Origin: Anaeramoeba ignava BMAN
Lineage: Eukaryota; Protista; Anaeramoebae
DNA length: 64,000 bases
Assembly: GCA_028826165.1 (NCBI GenBank)
Contig: JAPDFW010000125.1
Location: 1 to 64,000 of the forward strand
Direction of reading: 5' to 3'
Both the position numbers and the translations under genes were made by a program. Below the pieces are notes generated by a model. That model did not search any database and was not told the DNA's origin. It worked only from the letters and a program-made list of their open reading frames with translations. The stretch's first letter is position 1, and each line of letters begins with the position of its first letter. Shown here in pieces: positions 27,001 through 38,204 of this stretch.

Positions 27001-28721
27001 TCTTCATTTTCATTTTCATTTTCATTTTCATTTTCATTTTCATTTTCATTTTCATTTTCATTTTCATTTTCATTTTCTTCTGTTGTTTCTTGAATAATAT
27101 TTGTATTTTCTTCTAAATTTTCTTGATTTTCATAATTTTCAAGAGTTTGAAGATTTGGATCATTTACATCATTTAAATCTTTTACATCATTCAAATCATT
27201 TGCATTTTCTCGGAGTTTTTCATCTATAATTAAAATTAAAATTAAAATTAAAATTAAAATTAAAATTAAAATTAAAATTAAAATTAAAATTAAAATTAAA
27301 ATTAAAATTAAAATTAAAATTAAAATCAAAATTAAAATTCAAAATTGGAATTGGAATTAAAATTAAAAAATTATAATTAAAATTATAATTAAAATCAAAA
27401 TTAAAATTAAAATTGGAATTAAAATTAAAATTAAAATTGGAATTAAAATTAAAATTGAAATTATAATTAAAATCCAAAATTGGAATTGAAATTAAAATGA
27501 ACCTTCAATTTCTTTTTTTAACCATTCAGAGAAATAATAATCATATTCAGGAATATGAGATCCTTTTAAATAACGTGAAACTTTATTCCGAACTGAAGAA
27601 TTCATTTTATTTGTTATTTTATCCAAAACATTAGGAAGATTTGCTCGAAATGCTGCATCTTGTTGTGTGATATTATTTCTTTTGAGATATTTACGAACTT
27701 TTCGAGCAGTTGCTGATGGTTGTGATGTGTAAGAATCTATTATTGATTATTATTTAAATAAATTTAATCCACATTAAATCCACATTAAATCCAAATAAAT
27801 TAAATCCAAATTAAATCCAAATTAAATTCCAAATAAATTAAATCCACATTAAATCCAAATAAATTAAATCCACATTAAATCCAAATAATTAAATTCAAAT
27901 TAAATCCAAATAAATTAAATCCAAATTAAATCCAAATAAATTAAATCCAAATTAAATCCAAATTAATTAAATCCAAATTAAATCCAAATTAATTAAATCC
28001 AAATTAAATCCAAATTAAATCCAAATTAAATCCAAATCAAATCCAAATTAAATCCAAATTAAATCCAAATTAAATAAATCCAAATTAAATAAATCCAAAT
28101 TAAATCCAAATAAATTAAATCCAAATTTAAATCCAAATAAATTAAATCCAAATTAAATCCAAATAAATTAAATCCAAATTAAATCCAAATAAATTAAATC
28201 CAAATTAAATCCAAATAAATTAAATCCAAATTAAATCCAAATAAATTAAATCCAAATTAAATTCCAAATAAATTAAATCCAAATTAAATTCTAAATTTAA
28301 TTTCATTTCTAATTTTAATTTCATTTCTAATTTTAATTTTAATTTCATTTCTAATTTTAATTTTAATTTCATTTCTAATTTTAATTTTAATTTCATTTCT
28401 AATTTTAATTTTAATTTCATTTCTAATTTTAAAATATATTTTGAAATTTGTTTTAAATCTGTTTTGGAAATAAAAAAGAAAAGAGATTGATAAAATATAG
28501 AATAAATAATATAAATCGATTACATTTCTTTCTAGAAGGACTTTTTTTTATAGACTCTTGAAATGGATCATTTTTAACTAAAAAAAAAAAAGACAAAAAA
28601 AATTTTTTTTATATAAAATTAATTTCCAAAAATTTTAAAAGAAATAATCAAATTTTTTTTCTTAGTTTTGATTATAAAACAAACTTTCACTTTTTTCGTT
28701 ATTTAGTTCTTCAACGTTCAT
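24086..28721 (-). CDS. Low-complexity nuclear protein with two lambda-repressor-like (HNF1/POU-specific-like) HTH domains, putative transcription factor, 6 exons
   Basis: Exons 28721-28685, 28577-28524, 27736-27503, 27223-26537, 26133-25927, 25770-24086 splice in frame. Domain 1: VRKYLKRNNITQQDAAFRANL...VSRYLKG...YFSEWLKK. Domain 2: VRNYV...LSQIKAAAKAGV...MQKYF...FFIWLKK. Also basic and Q/N-rich tracts. Confidence 0.7.
27737..28523. repeat. Intronic (aaattaaatcc)n 11/15-mer plus an (atttctaattttaattttaatttc)n block
   Basis: Direct tandem repeats within intron 2 of the HTH gene. Confidence 0.88.
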
Positions 28722-28843
28722 TAACGTAAAAAAATAGAGAAATTAAAATAAAAAAATGAAAATGAAAAAATGAAAATTTTAATTTTTTTTTTGAATTTTT
28801 TTTTTCATTTTTTTTTAAATTTTTTTTTAAGAATTATTTTTTA
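28722..28843. promoter_or_regulatory. 122 bp bidirectional promoter
   Basis: aatgaaaa x3 at 28755-28776 and tttttcatttt at 28801-28812. Confidence 0.65.
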
Positions 28844-31800
28844 ATGTTGAGATTAAATAGGTTATTTCATTTATCAGATAATTCAATTACTAAAAATATA
28901 ACACATACAATTCCACAATCAAAAGAAAGTAAAAATAAATTTAAAGAAAAGAAATTTAAAAAAAAATTTTTTTGATGAAATTTTAAAATAATTTTTTCCA
29001 AATAATAATTTTATTATTAGTAAGTAAAGAAAGCAAAAACGAAGATGATTTAGAAAATGAAATAAATATTGAAAATAAAATAAATATTGAAAATGAAATA
29101 AATATTGAAAATGAAATAAATATTGAAAATAATTTAAATATTGAAAATGATTTGGAAAATGATTTGGAAAATGATTTGGAAAATGATTTAAAAAGTGATT
29201 TAGAGAAAAAATACTTACTAGAAACTCCTATACTTGTTGGACAAGAATATAACATAAAAGAATCTAAATCAACTTTAATTGTTTCTCGACTTGGAATTGA
29301 TAATGTATTTAAATTATACATTTTTAAAATGAATGAATTTTTTTTTAATATTGTTAAAATTGTTTTTTTAGTTGGGAAATATTGTTTCATTTTTAGATCT
29401 TCTTGACCCTAGAACTTATAATAGAAAAACTATTTATCAACATAATGAAATATTTAATTGTGTTAATGCTAGCATTAATCATAATGAAACATTTTTAGGT
29501 TTGTAGTTTTATTTTGAATTTTAAAATTTTGAATTTAATTTTAATTTAAATTTAAATTTTTGAATTTAGCTTTTACATTATTGAAAGAAAAGAGAGAAGC
29601 TAGTCTTTTATCTCGTGCGTTTTTATTTTTTATGATAAAAATTTATTTATAATAATTGATTGATTGAAAAAATAATATAAAATAATATAAAATAATATAA
29701 TATAAAAAAAGGTTATTATGAATCTTATTTAGTGCAATTAAAAAATAATAACATGATTACGGAAATTGATGCTCCATCAAGCTATTTCTGTTCTGTTATT
29801 GTATAAAATTCCAAAAAAATTAAATCAAATTAAATTCATTTAAAATAATTTTTTTTGTTCAGTTTCTTCCTTATTATCGTCGATTTAGAGATTATTTCCT
29901 TTTTATCAAAGATAGAAAATTAATTAATGTTTGCTTTATTAAATCGAAAAGAATTGCAATGGTAGAAAATATTTGGATTCAAAAAAAAAAATCAATTTAT
30001 TTATTTATTAATTTATTGAATTGTTTATGGAAAAAAAAAATATTCAAAAGAAAAAAAACCGAAAATTGGAAATAAAAGTTTCAACAAAAATTTGTAATAC
30101 CTTCATTTGGTATGAATATGTGCCTGAATTGAAAAAGTTATTTATAATTGGATTAAACAAGCAACGCCATAAACTTGTATGCATTAATTTGCAAACAAAA
30201 AGTTTTCAAAAGGAACTTGAATTTGATTTGGATTTCAGTGCTCCTAAACTTAGAAATAAAGAAGTTTCTTTATTTTATGATCATGAATATTTCACTCATG
30301 GTCATATACTGCCAAATTGGCTAATTAGATTTAAAATTATTTATATTAATAATGTAAACAGACAAACAAACAAAAAAAAAAGCCAATTTTCAAATTGACA
30401 AAAATTTTTTATTGGATTATCATTTTTAAAATTAAAAACAAAACAAAACAAAAGGAAGATTTTTGTTTGATTCAAGAAAGCTTGCAATTTGATTCAAAAA
30501 ATGGTTATTTTCTTAACGTTTGTATTTGGATTTATTTTAAAAATGAAAAATTAGAACTCAAAATTCCTTTAAAAGGAATCAAAGAAGAATTTATCCGAAG
30601 AATTCGATCATTTTTTGGAGCAATTTTCCAACTTCTTGTTATTTATATTCCTGGTTATTTTATACAGTTAATTGATTTTTCAAATTTACATGAAACTTGT
30701 GAATTATTTCGTTTAATTGGTGAATTAAAATAATTTTAATTTTAATATGAAATTTTAATATGAAATTTTAATTGAAATTTAAAATTGAAGGAAATCAACA
30801 CTCAACTTCATTAAAAAATGAAACAGAATTTTCCATTTCAAATATTTCACCAGTCGTTTTATCATCAGTTAAGGAAATTGAAAATTACAGTAAAACAATT
30901 TTATTTGGAAAAAAAAAACGATATTCAAAAATAAAAAAATATAAAAATAAAAATAAAAATAATTCAGGAAATTTTTTCATTGATAATTCAAATGGAACAG
31001 TCTATAATTTTCGATTGGATTCAAACTATTTTTTAACCACATTTTGCAAAGAAAAAACTGAAAATTGGATTTATTGGATTCATGTTGGAAATATTCATAT
31101 CAAAGATGAATCAATTGCAGAAAATTCGATTCATCATCTTGCACTTGAATCTCCTTTTAATTTAACAAAAGAATTATTTATTGAGCATTTAGTAGGAGCT
31201 ACTTATCAAAATTTTAAACAATATTTAAAGGAAAATCGACAAAAAAACTTGATTGAATTTACAAAAAACAATTTGCCAGTTACATCATTATTAGCATTTA
31301 AATTTGTTGTAAATGAAATTAAATGAAAAACAAAAAAAAAATTCATCCTGAAAAAAAAAAACAACAACAACAACAATCACAATAAAACACAATTAGAATC
31401 AACACTCAATTTCAGAATTGCTTAAAGCTAATTATTCAAATAATACTCATCATAACTATCAAACATTTAATGAAACAAATGGATATATTTTTTCCAAATA
31501 CAGAAAACCAGATCTGAAAGAAATAATTGATATATATTTAAAATCAAAAGAAAATGAATTATTTCTTGAATGCAAATTAAATACACATAAGAAAAAAGAG
31601 AAAACGAAACAAGGAAAAGTGGAAGATTTTCCAACAGAAAAAGAAATATTATCACAATCCATTTTTTATTATTTTAACAAAAATTTATCTGTGAAATTTA
31701 AAAACTCGTATGAAACAGCAAGCGAATTAACAAAAATATATCTCACTTGCCAAGAACAAACAGTGGAAAGATTGTTTTCAATTCTTCAATATTCATTATT

Positions 31801-32538
31801 AGTTCCTGAAAAAGTTTGGAAACAAAATGAGAATCTTCCACTTTTAAATTGTCCAATAGATACATTGGAATTTGTTTATCATCTCCTTAAATACGATACA
31901 TCACATGTTTTGCCAAATCCTTTTGGCGATAATTCAGAGCTTCGAATGGAGCCAAATAGATCTGGTTATATTTCTTTTTATGAGGATTTAAATTCAAACA
32001 AAGGAATTGATCCAAATTATTATGTTAAAATTTTTCAAACATATCAAAACGCGTTTAATATTTTAAACAATTTGTATTTTGCTTTGCAAGAGTTACATGT
32101 ACCCTTTCCAAGTCTTTTCCATTATCATTTTTGTCGGTTGAGTTTTGTATGTTTGGAACAAAGGTAAAAAAATCAAAAAATCAAAAAATCAAAAAATCAA
32201 AAAATCAAAAAATCAAAAAATCAAAAAATCAAAAAAGGAAATTTTTGGAATATGTTGATAATAAAGTTGTGATTCCAGATGTTAATTTTGTAAAAGAAGT
32301 TTTGAAATTTATGGCAAATCCATCTTTTAATTTTAGAATAAGACTTGCAAATTCTTTAACTTCAGATGAAATGCATGATGTTATTGATTTATATCCTGAT
32401 CTTTTCCCAAATTCTTTTTCTTTTTGTTGGTATGTTGTAAATCCTATTGATGATCCTTGGGAAAATTTGATTGAAGAAGATTTCTTAGAACTTCCATTTG
32501 AAATTGAATTAATATTTCCAACAAAAAATCAATTTTGA
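28844..32538 (+). CDS. Gamma-secretase-activating protein (GSAP/pigeon)-like, 11 exons
   Basis: Ten GT-AG introns join ORFs 29152, 30021, 30395, 30772, 31418 and 32131 in frame. Motifs ILVGQE, NASINHNETFLAFT, YESYLVQL, FIWYEY, HLVGATY, LHVPFPSLFHYHFCRLSFVCL, FLEYVDNKV resemble GSAP. Confidence 0.65.
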
Positions 32539-32579
32539 ATTAAAAATGATAAAAAATAATTTTTTTTTTGTTCCACTTT

Positions 32580-35495
32580 TTATTTTTTTTTGAAATTTCT
32601 TTCAATCCAAATAAAAGGTTCATAAATTCCTTTTTTTGAGATAGCACAACAAGTTTGAAAACACCAAGATTGTTCCATTTTTTCAATTTCAAATTCTTCA
32701 TAAATTTCCCGAATTGTCAATTTATTTGGCAAATCAGATTTATTACATAAAAAAACAAAAGGAACATCTTTCATTTCTGGGTCTTTTTGAACTTTTTCAA
32801 ATTCTAATTTTGATTCATGAAGTCTTTCTCTATCATGTAAATCTATAACATAAATAACGCATTGAGTTCCATTAAAATAATGTCTCCATAAAGGACGAAT
32901 TTTATCCATTCCGCCAATATCCCAAATGACAAAATTAGATTTAGTTTTTTTTGTTTTGATTGATTCCACATTAAATCCTATTTCAAAATAAATTTTAATT
33001 TTGAAATAAATTTTAATTTTAATTTTGAATTATTTGCCTATTGTTAATTGTGATATAGCTTCTCCAATCTTTAATTCATATAAAATTGTTGTTTTTCCAG
33101 CTTGATCTAAGCCAAGCATCAAACAACGAATTTCACTCTTTTTGATTTTAGTTTTTTTGCTTAATTCTCTCAATTTATTTTCTTTTTCAGTTAAAAGTGG
33201 TTTTTGAATCAAAATATTATAATACTTTCTATGATAAATATATGCCTTTTTATAGCCATTTTCTTGATTTAAATTTTCATCAATAAATTGTTGTTCTGGT
33301 TTTGAAATGAAAAGAAAATCTCCAAGAAAAATTTCTTTCCATAAACAATCAAGTGAAGAATAAAAAAGAAAATTTTTTGAAACAGAAGCCAGTAAACCTA
33401 AATAATGTTTTGGAAGATATGAAAGAATCTCAATAATTTCATCATCAGAAAGAATTGCAAAATTCCCAAGATTTTCCAAATCAATAAAGTTTTCCTTTTG
33501 GGATTGATTTTGATTTGTATCTTGAATATTTTCCAAATCAATAAATTTCTCCTTTTGGGATTGATTTTGATTTGTGTCTTGAATAAGATTTGCTTCGTAT
33601 TTGCTGACTAAAAAGCAAGAATGAACCCAACCACAAGCACAAGATTTAACGATATATTTTTCAGGAATTGAAACAAGTTGAGGAATTGATATTTCTTTAT
33701 CATCAACTCCAATTCCAAGTTGTCCATATAAATTGGATCCAAGAGAATAGACTTTCCCTCTATTATCCAAAAAGAAGCAATAATCACTATCAAATCCACC
33801 AGCAAAAACTTGGGAAATAAGAATGTCATTTTCTTGTGAAATTATGCATTGAATGAATTTGTTTTGGTCTTGTTTGATTTTGTAATGTGAATGAATGGCT
33901 TTCCCACATAAAAATACTCTTCCATCTTCTCCTAGTAGAATACTTATATCATTTCCACATTCAACTTGTTTTATTGATCCAATATCATAAGGAAGTTCTG
34001 GTAATTCTGGTGTGTTTCTATTTTCAAAATCTCCTAATCCAAGTTGTCCATATTTGTTTTTCCCACAGGAATATACTTTATTTGTTTTGGTAACTACCAT
34101 TATATGATTCCCTCCGATTGAAGCTAATTTTGCTTCACTTATTTTCTGTATTTTTTCTGGATTTGTTCGTTCTTTTTGATCAGAATGACCTAATTGACCA
34201 AAATTATTTTCTCCCCAAGAAAAAGTATCTCCACTTTATTTTGAATTTAATTATTTATTTTTAAATATTTATTTTAGATTTAAATATTTATATTTTAATA
34301 TTTATTTTAGATTTAAATATTTATTTTAGATTTAAATATTTATTTTAGATTTAAATATTTATTTTGAAATATTTAAATATTTATTTTATATTAAAATTTA
34401 TTTATTTTGAATTTAAATATTTTTATTTAAATATTTTTTTTAAATTTTATATTTAAAATTTATTTTATATTTAAATATTTATTTTGGATTTAAATATTTA
34501 TTTTTAGATTTAAATATTTATTTTAAATTTAAATATTTATTTTTTTTAAATTTGGATTTAAATATTTATTTTGGAATTTAAAATATTTATTTTGAATTTA
34601 AAAATATTTTTTTTATATTTTTAAATATTTATTTTAGATTTAAATATTTATATTAGATTTAAATATTTATTTTATATTTAAATATTTATTTTATATTTAA
34701 ATATTTATTTTATATTTAAATATTTATTTTGAATTTAAATATTTATTTTGAATTTAAATATTTATATTTAAATATTTATTTTGAATTTAAATATTTATTT
34801 TATATTTAAATATTTATTTTGGATTTAAATATTTATTTTGGATTTAAATATTTATTTTGAATTTAAATATTTATTTTGGATTTAAATATTTATTTTGGAT
34901 TTAAATATTTATTTTGGATTTAAATATTTATTTTGATTCACTTTTCATCAATTGCAATCCACATTTGATTCCCAGCACAAACATTTACAATCTTTCTCTT
35001 TGTTACTTTATCAAATGAAATTTTATTAAATTTAATTTTGGAAGATTCTTTTTGAGGAATCATTGGTAAAACATGAGAAAATACTTGATTTTCAACTAAT
35101 AAAATTATTGAAAAATCTTTAGCAGAAATTTTTTGGATTGATTTTCGAGTAAATTGTTTATTTTGAATAATAAATTGATTGAGAAAACGAGAATTTGATT
35201 TTAAAGAAGATTTATCATTATCAAAAAGAATTGTATCATCTTGAAAATTAGAAGAATCTGTAATATTTTGTGATTGTAAATTAGGCAATCCCCAAATCAA
35301 TAATTTTCCTGTTGATAATACAATTATAGTAAATGATGATCCACAAACTAAATGAATTATTTTTTCTTTTCGTTTTATTGAATATTTAAGTATTTGATTT
35401 ATTGAAAATGGTTTTCTAGCAAGAATTGATGGAGATTTTCTAAGTAAAAGTGCATTATTTTGATTTGTTCCTGAAAGAAAGATTTTAAAAGACAT
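32580..35495 (-). CDS. RCC1-repeat + F-box + C-terminal Arf-family GTPase fusion protein, 3 exons
   Basis: Exons 35495-34942, 34233-33038, 32977-32580. RCC1 repeats (SWGENNFGQLG, SCGKNKYGQLGLG, SLGSNLYGQLGIG, ACGWVHSCF). F-box LSDDEIIEILSYL...LASVSKNF...LWKE. Arf motifs GLDQAGKTT, TIGFNVE, WDIGGMDKIRPLWRHYF, NKSD, TCCA. Confidence 0.88.
34234..34941. repeat. Intronic 19-20-mer built on the palindrome taaatattta
   Basis: (taaatatttattttg(g/a)att)n, most homogeneous near the donor end (34680-34935). Confidence 0.88.
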
Positions 35496-35698
35496 TTTTA
35501 AAAGAGAAAAAAAATGAAAAAAAAAAATGAAAAAAAAAAAGCAAAAATTTTATTTGTTTATCTTTTTAGTTTTAAAGTTTTGATAAAAAGAAAAAAGGAT
35601 AAAAAGTGAAAGAAAAAGAAAAAGAAAAATTATTCAATTTTAAAAAAAGAAATTAAAAGAAGAAATAAAAAGAAATTAAAAGAAAATAAAAGAAGAAA

Positions 35699-36832
35699 TT
35701 ATTCAATTTCAAAAAATTTTTTTAAAATTGCAAAATTTTGAAGAAAGTTTATAAAATCTCTTTCAGTAAATTCATCTTCTGAAAATCTTGCTCGTTCATA
35801 CATTTCAACAAAATATTTACACAATTTTGGATTTAATTCTGGTTCTTTTTTTAAAAGGAATTGCATATAAGCTCTAACAGATTGTGAATCTAAACGAGCC
35901 AATGAAGGATCTTTTCGTTTTGCAAGTTGTTCTAAAAAGAAGAAAATAATTTTTTAATTTTTTAATTTAATTTTTTAATTTAATTTTTTAATTTAATTTT
36001 TTAATTTAATTTTTTAATTTAATTTTTTAATTTAATTTTTTTATTTACCAAGAATAAAAGGTGAATCTGCTACAACTCTTTTATAATTCCATTCCGATTT
36101 ATGCCATCCAGGTTTTTGTTGTGTTTGTGCAAATTGAAGAATTTGATCATGAATTCTTGATGCTTCTTGAAAACCTGAATAAATATGTCTTAAAGCAGTC
36201 TTAATTTAAATATTTAATTTTAATTTTTAATTTTAATTTTAATTTTGATTTTAATTTTAATTATAATATAGATTTTGATTTTAATTTTGATTTAAATTTT
36301 AATTTTAAATTTTAATTTTAATTTTAAATTTAATTTTGATTTTAATTTAAATATTTATTTTGATTTTAATTTTAATTTTAATTTTAATATTAATTTTAAT
36401 ATTAATTTTAATTTTAATTTTAATTTTAATTTTAATTTTAATTTTTAATTTTAATATTAATTTTTATTTTAATTTTAATTTTATTTTTAATTTTAATTTT
36501 AATTTTAATATTAATATTAATTATAAATACTTCAGGTATATCTTTTTTTGTATTTCTCATTCTTGCTCTTGGAATTTGATTTAATAAACGTCGATGTTTT
36601 CTATATCTATATTGAATCAAAAAAACAACAACCATAAACTAATTTTTTTTTTGTTTATAAAAGAAAAAAAAAGGGGAAAATTTCGTGTTTTTATTTTTTA
36701 TATTAATTTTTTAAATAAATAAAAATTTATATTTTTTTTTTAAATTATTTTTACTAAAAGTCCTAAAATAGAAGTAAAAACAGTGATATGAACTAATGAT
36801 TGTTCAATTGTTTCTTGATTAACATCTGACAT
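35699..36832 (-). CDS. NICE-3/C1orf43/DLT1-like single-pass membrane protein, 4 exons
   Basis: ATG at 36832 and three GT-AG introns. N-terminal TM segment, then a PGW motif, SVRAYMQFL and YERARFSEDEF, typical of the NICE-3 family. Confidence 0.65.
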
Positions 36833-37010
36833 TATTATAAAACAAATAATAAAATTAAAAGAAAATAATAAACAAGAACAAATAACAAAATAACAAACAA
36901 AAAAAACAAAATAAAGAAATAAGAAATAAAAAAAAAAATGAAAAAAAAAAAATAAAAAATTTTTGCTTTTTATATTGTAAAAAAAACACTTAAAAAAAAG
37001 AGAGGATCAA

Positions 37011-38190
37011 TTTAAAATACTTAAAATTAATTAAAATATTTTATCCGATTTTATTTAAATTAATTAAAAATTTAATTAAAAATCTAATTAAAATATTTTA
37101 TTAATTTTATATTAATTTTGATAATAATTTTAATTTATAATTTAATTTAAAAATCAATTTAAAATAATAAAAATTAATTAAAATATTTTATCCGATTTTA
37201 TTTAAATTAATTAAAAATCTAATTAAAAATCTAATTAAAATATTTTATTAATTTTATATTAATTTTGATAATAATTTTAATTTATAATTTAATTTAAAAA
37301 TTTATTTAAAATACTAAAAATTAATTAAAATATTTTATCCGATTTTATTTAAATTAATAAAATCTAATTAAAAATTATTAAAATATTTTATTAATTTTAT
37401 ATCAATTTTGATAATAATTTAATAATTTAATTTAAAAATCAATTTAAAATAATATAAATTAATTAAAATATTTTATCCGATTTTTATTTAAATTAATTTA
37501 AAAATTTAATTAAAAATCTAATTAAAATATTTTATTAATTTTATATCAATTTTGATAATAATTTTAATTTATAATTTAATTTAAAAATTTATTTAAAATA
37601 ATAAAAATTAATTAAAATATTTTATCCGATTTTATTTAAATTAATTAAAAATCTAATTAAAAATCTAATTAAAATATTTTATTAATTTTATATTAATTTT
37701 AATAATAATTTTAATTTATAATTTAATTTAAAATCAATTTAAAATAATTAAAATTAATTTAAAATATTTTATCCGATTTTATTTAAATTAATTAAAAATC
37801 TAATTAAAAATCTAATTAAAATATTTTATTAAAATATTTTATTAATTTTATAATTTAATTTTTAATTTAAAAATAAAAATTTTAAAATATTTTATCCGAT
37901 TTTTATTTAAATTTTAAAAATCTTTAAAAATAAATTATTTAAAATTAAATCAAAAATTAATTAAAATATTTTATCCGATTTTATTTTAAATTAATTAAAA
38001 ATTTAATTAAAAATCTAATTAAAATATTTTATTAATTTTATATTAATTTTGATAATAATTTTAATTTATAATTTAATTTAAAAATTTATTTAAAATAATA
38101 AAAATTAATTAAAATATTTTATCCGATTTTATTTAAATTTTAATTAAAAATCAATTAAAAATCTAATTAAAATAATAAAATTTTGATATT
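37011..38190. repeat. Satellite D, about 147 bp unit, about 8 copies, intergenic
   Basis: ttttatccgatttt recurs at about 37043, 37190, 37337, 37475, 37624, 37771, 37894, 37973 and 38121. Confidence 0.93.
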
Positions 38191-38204
38191 AATTTTATCT
38201 GGTT

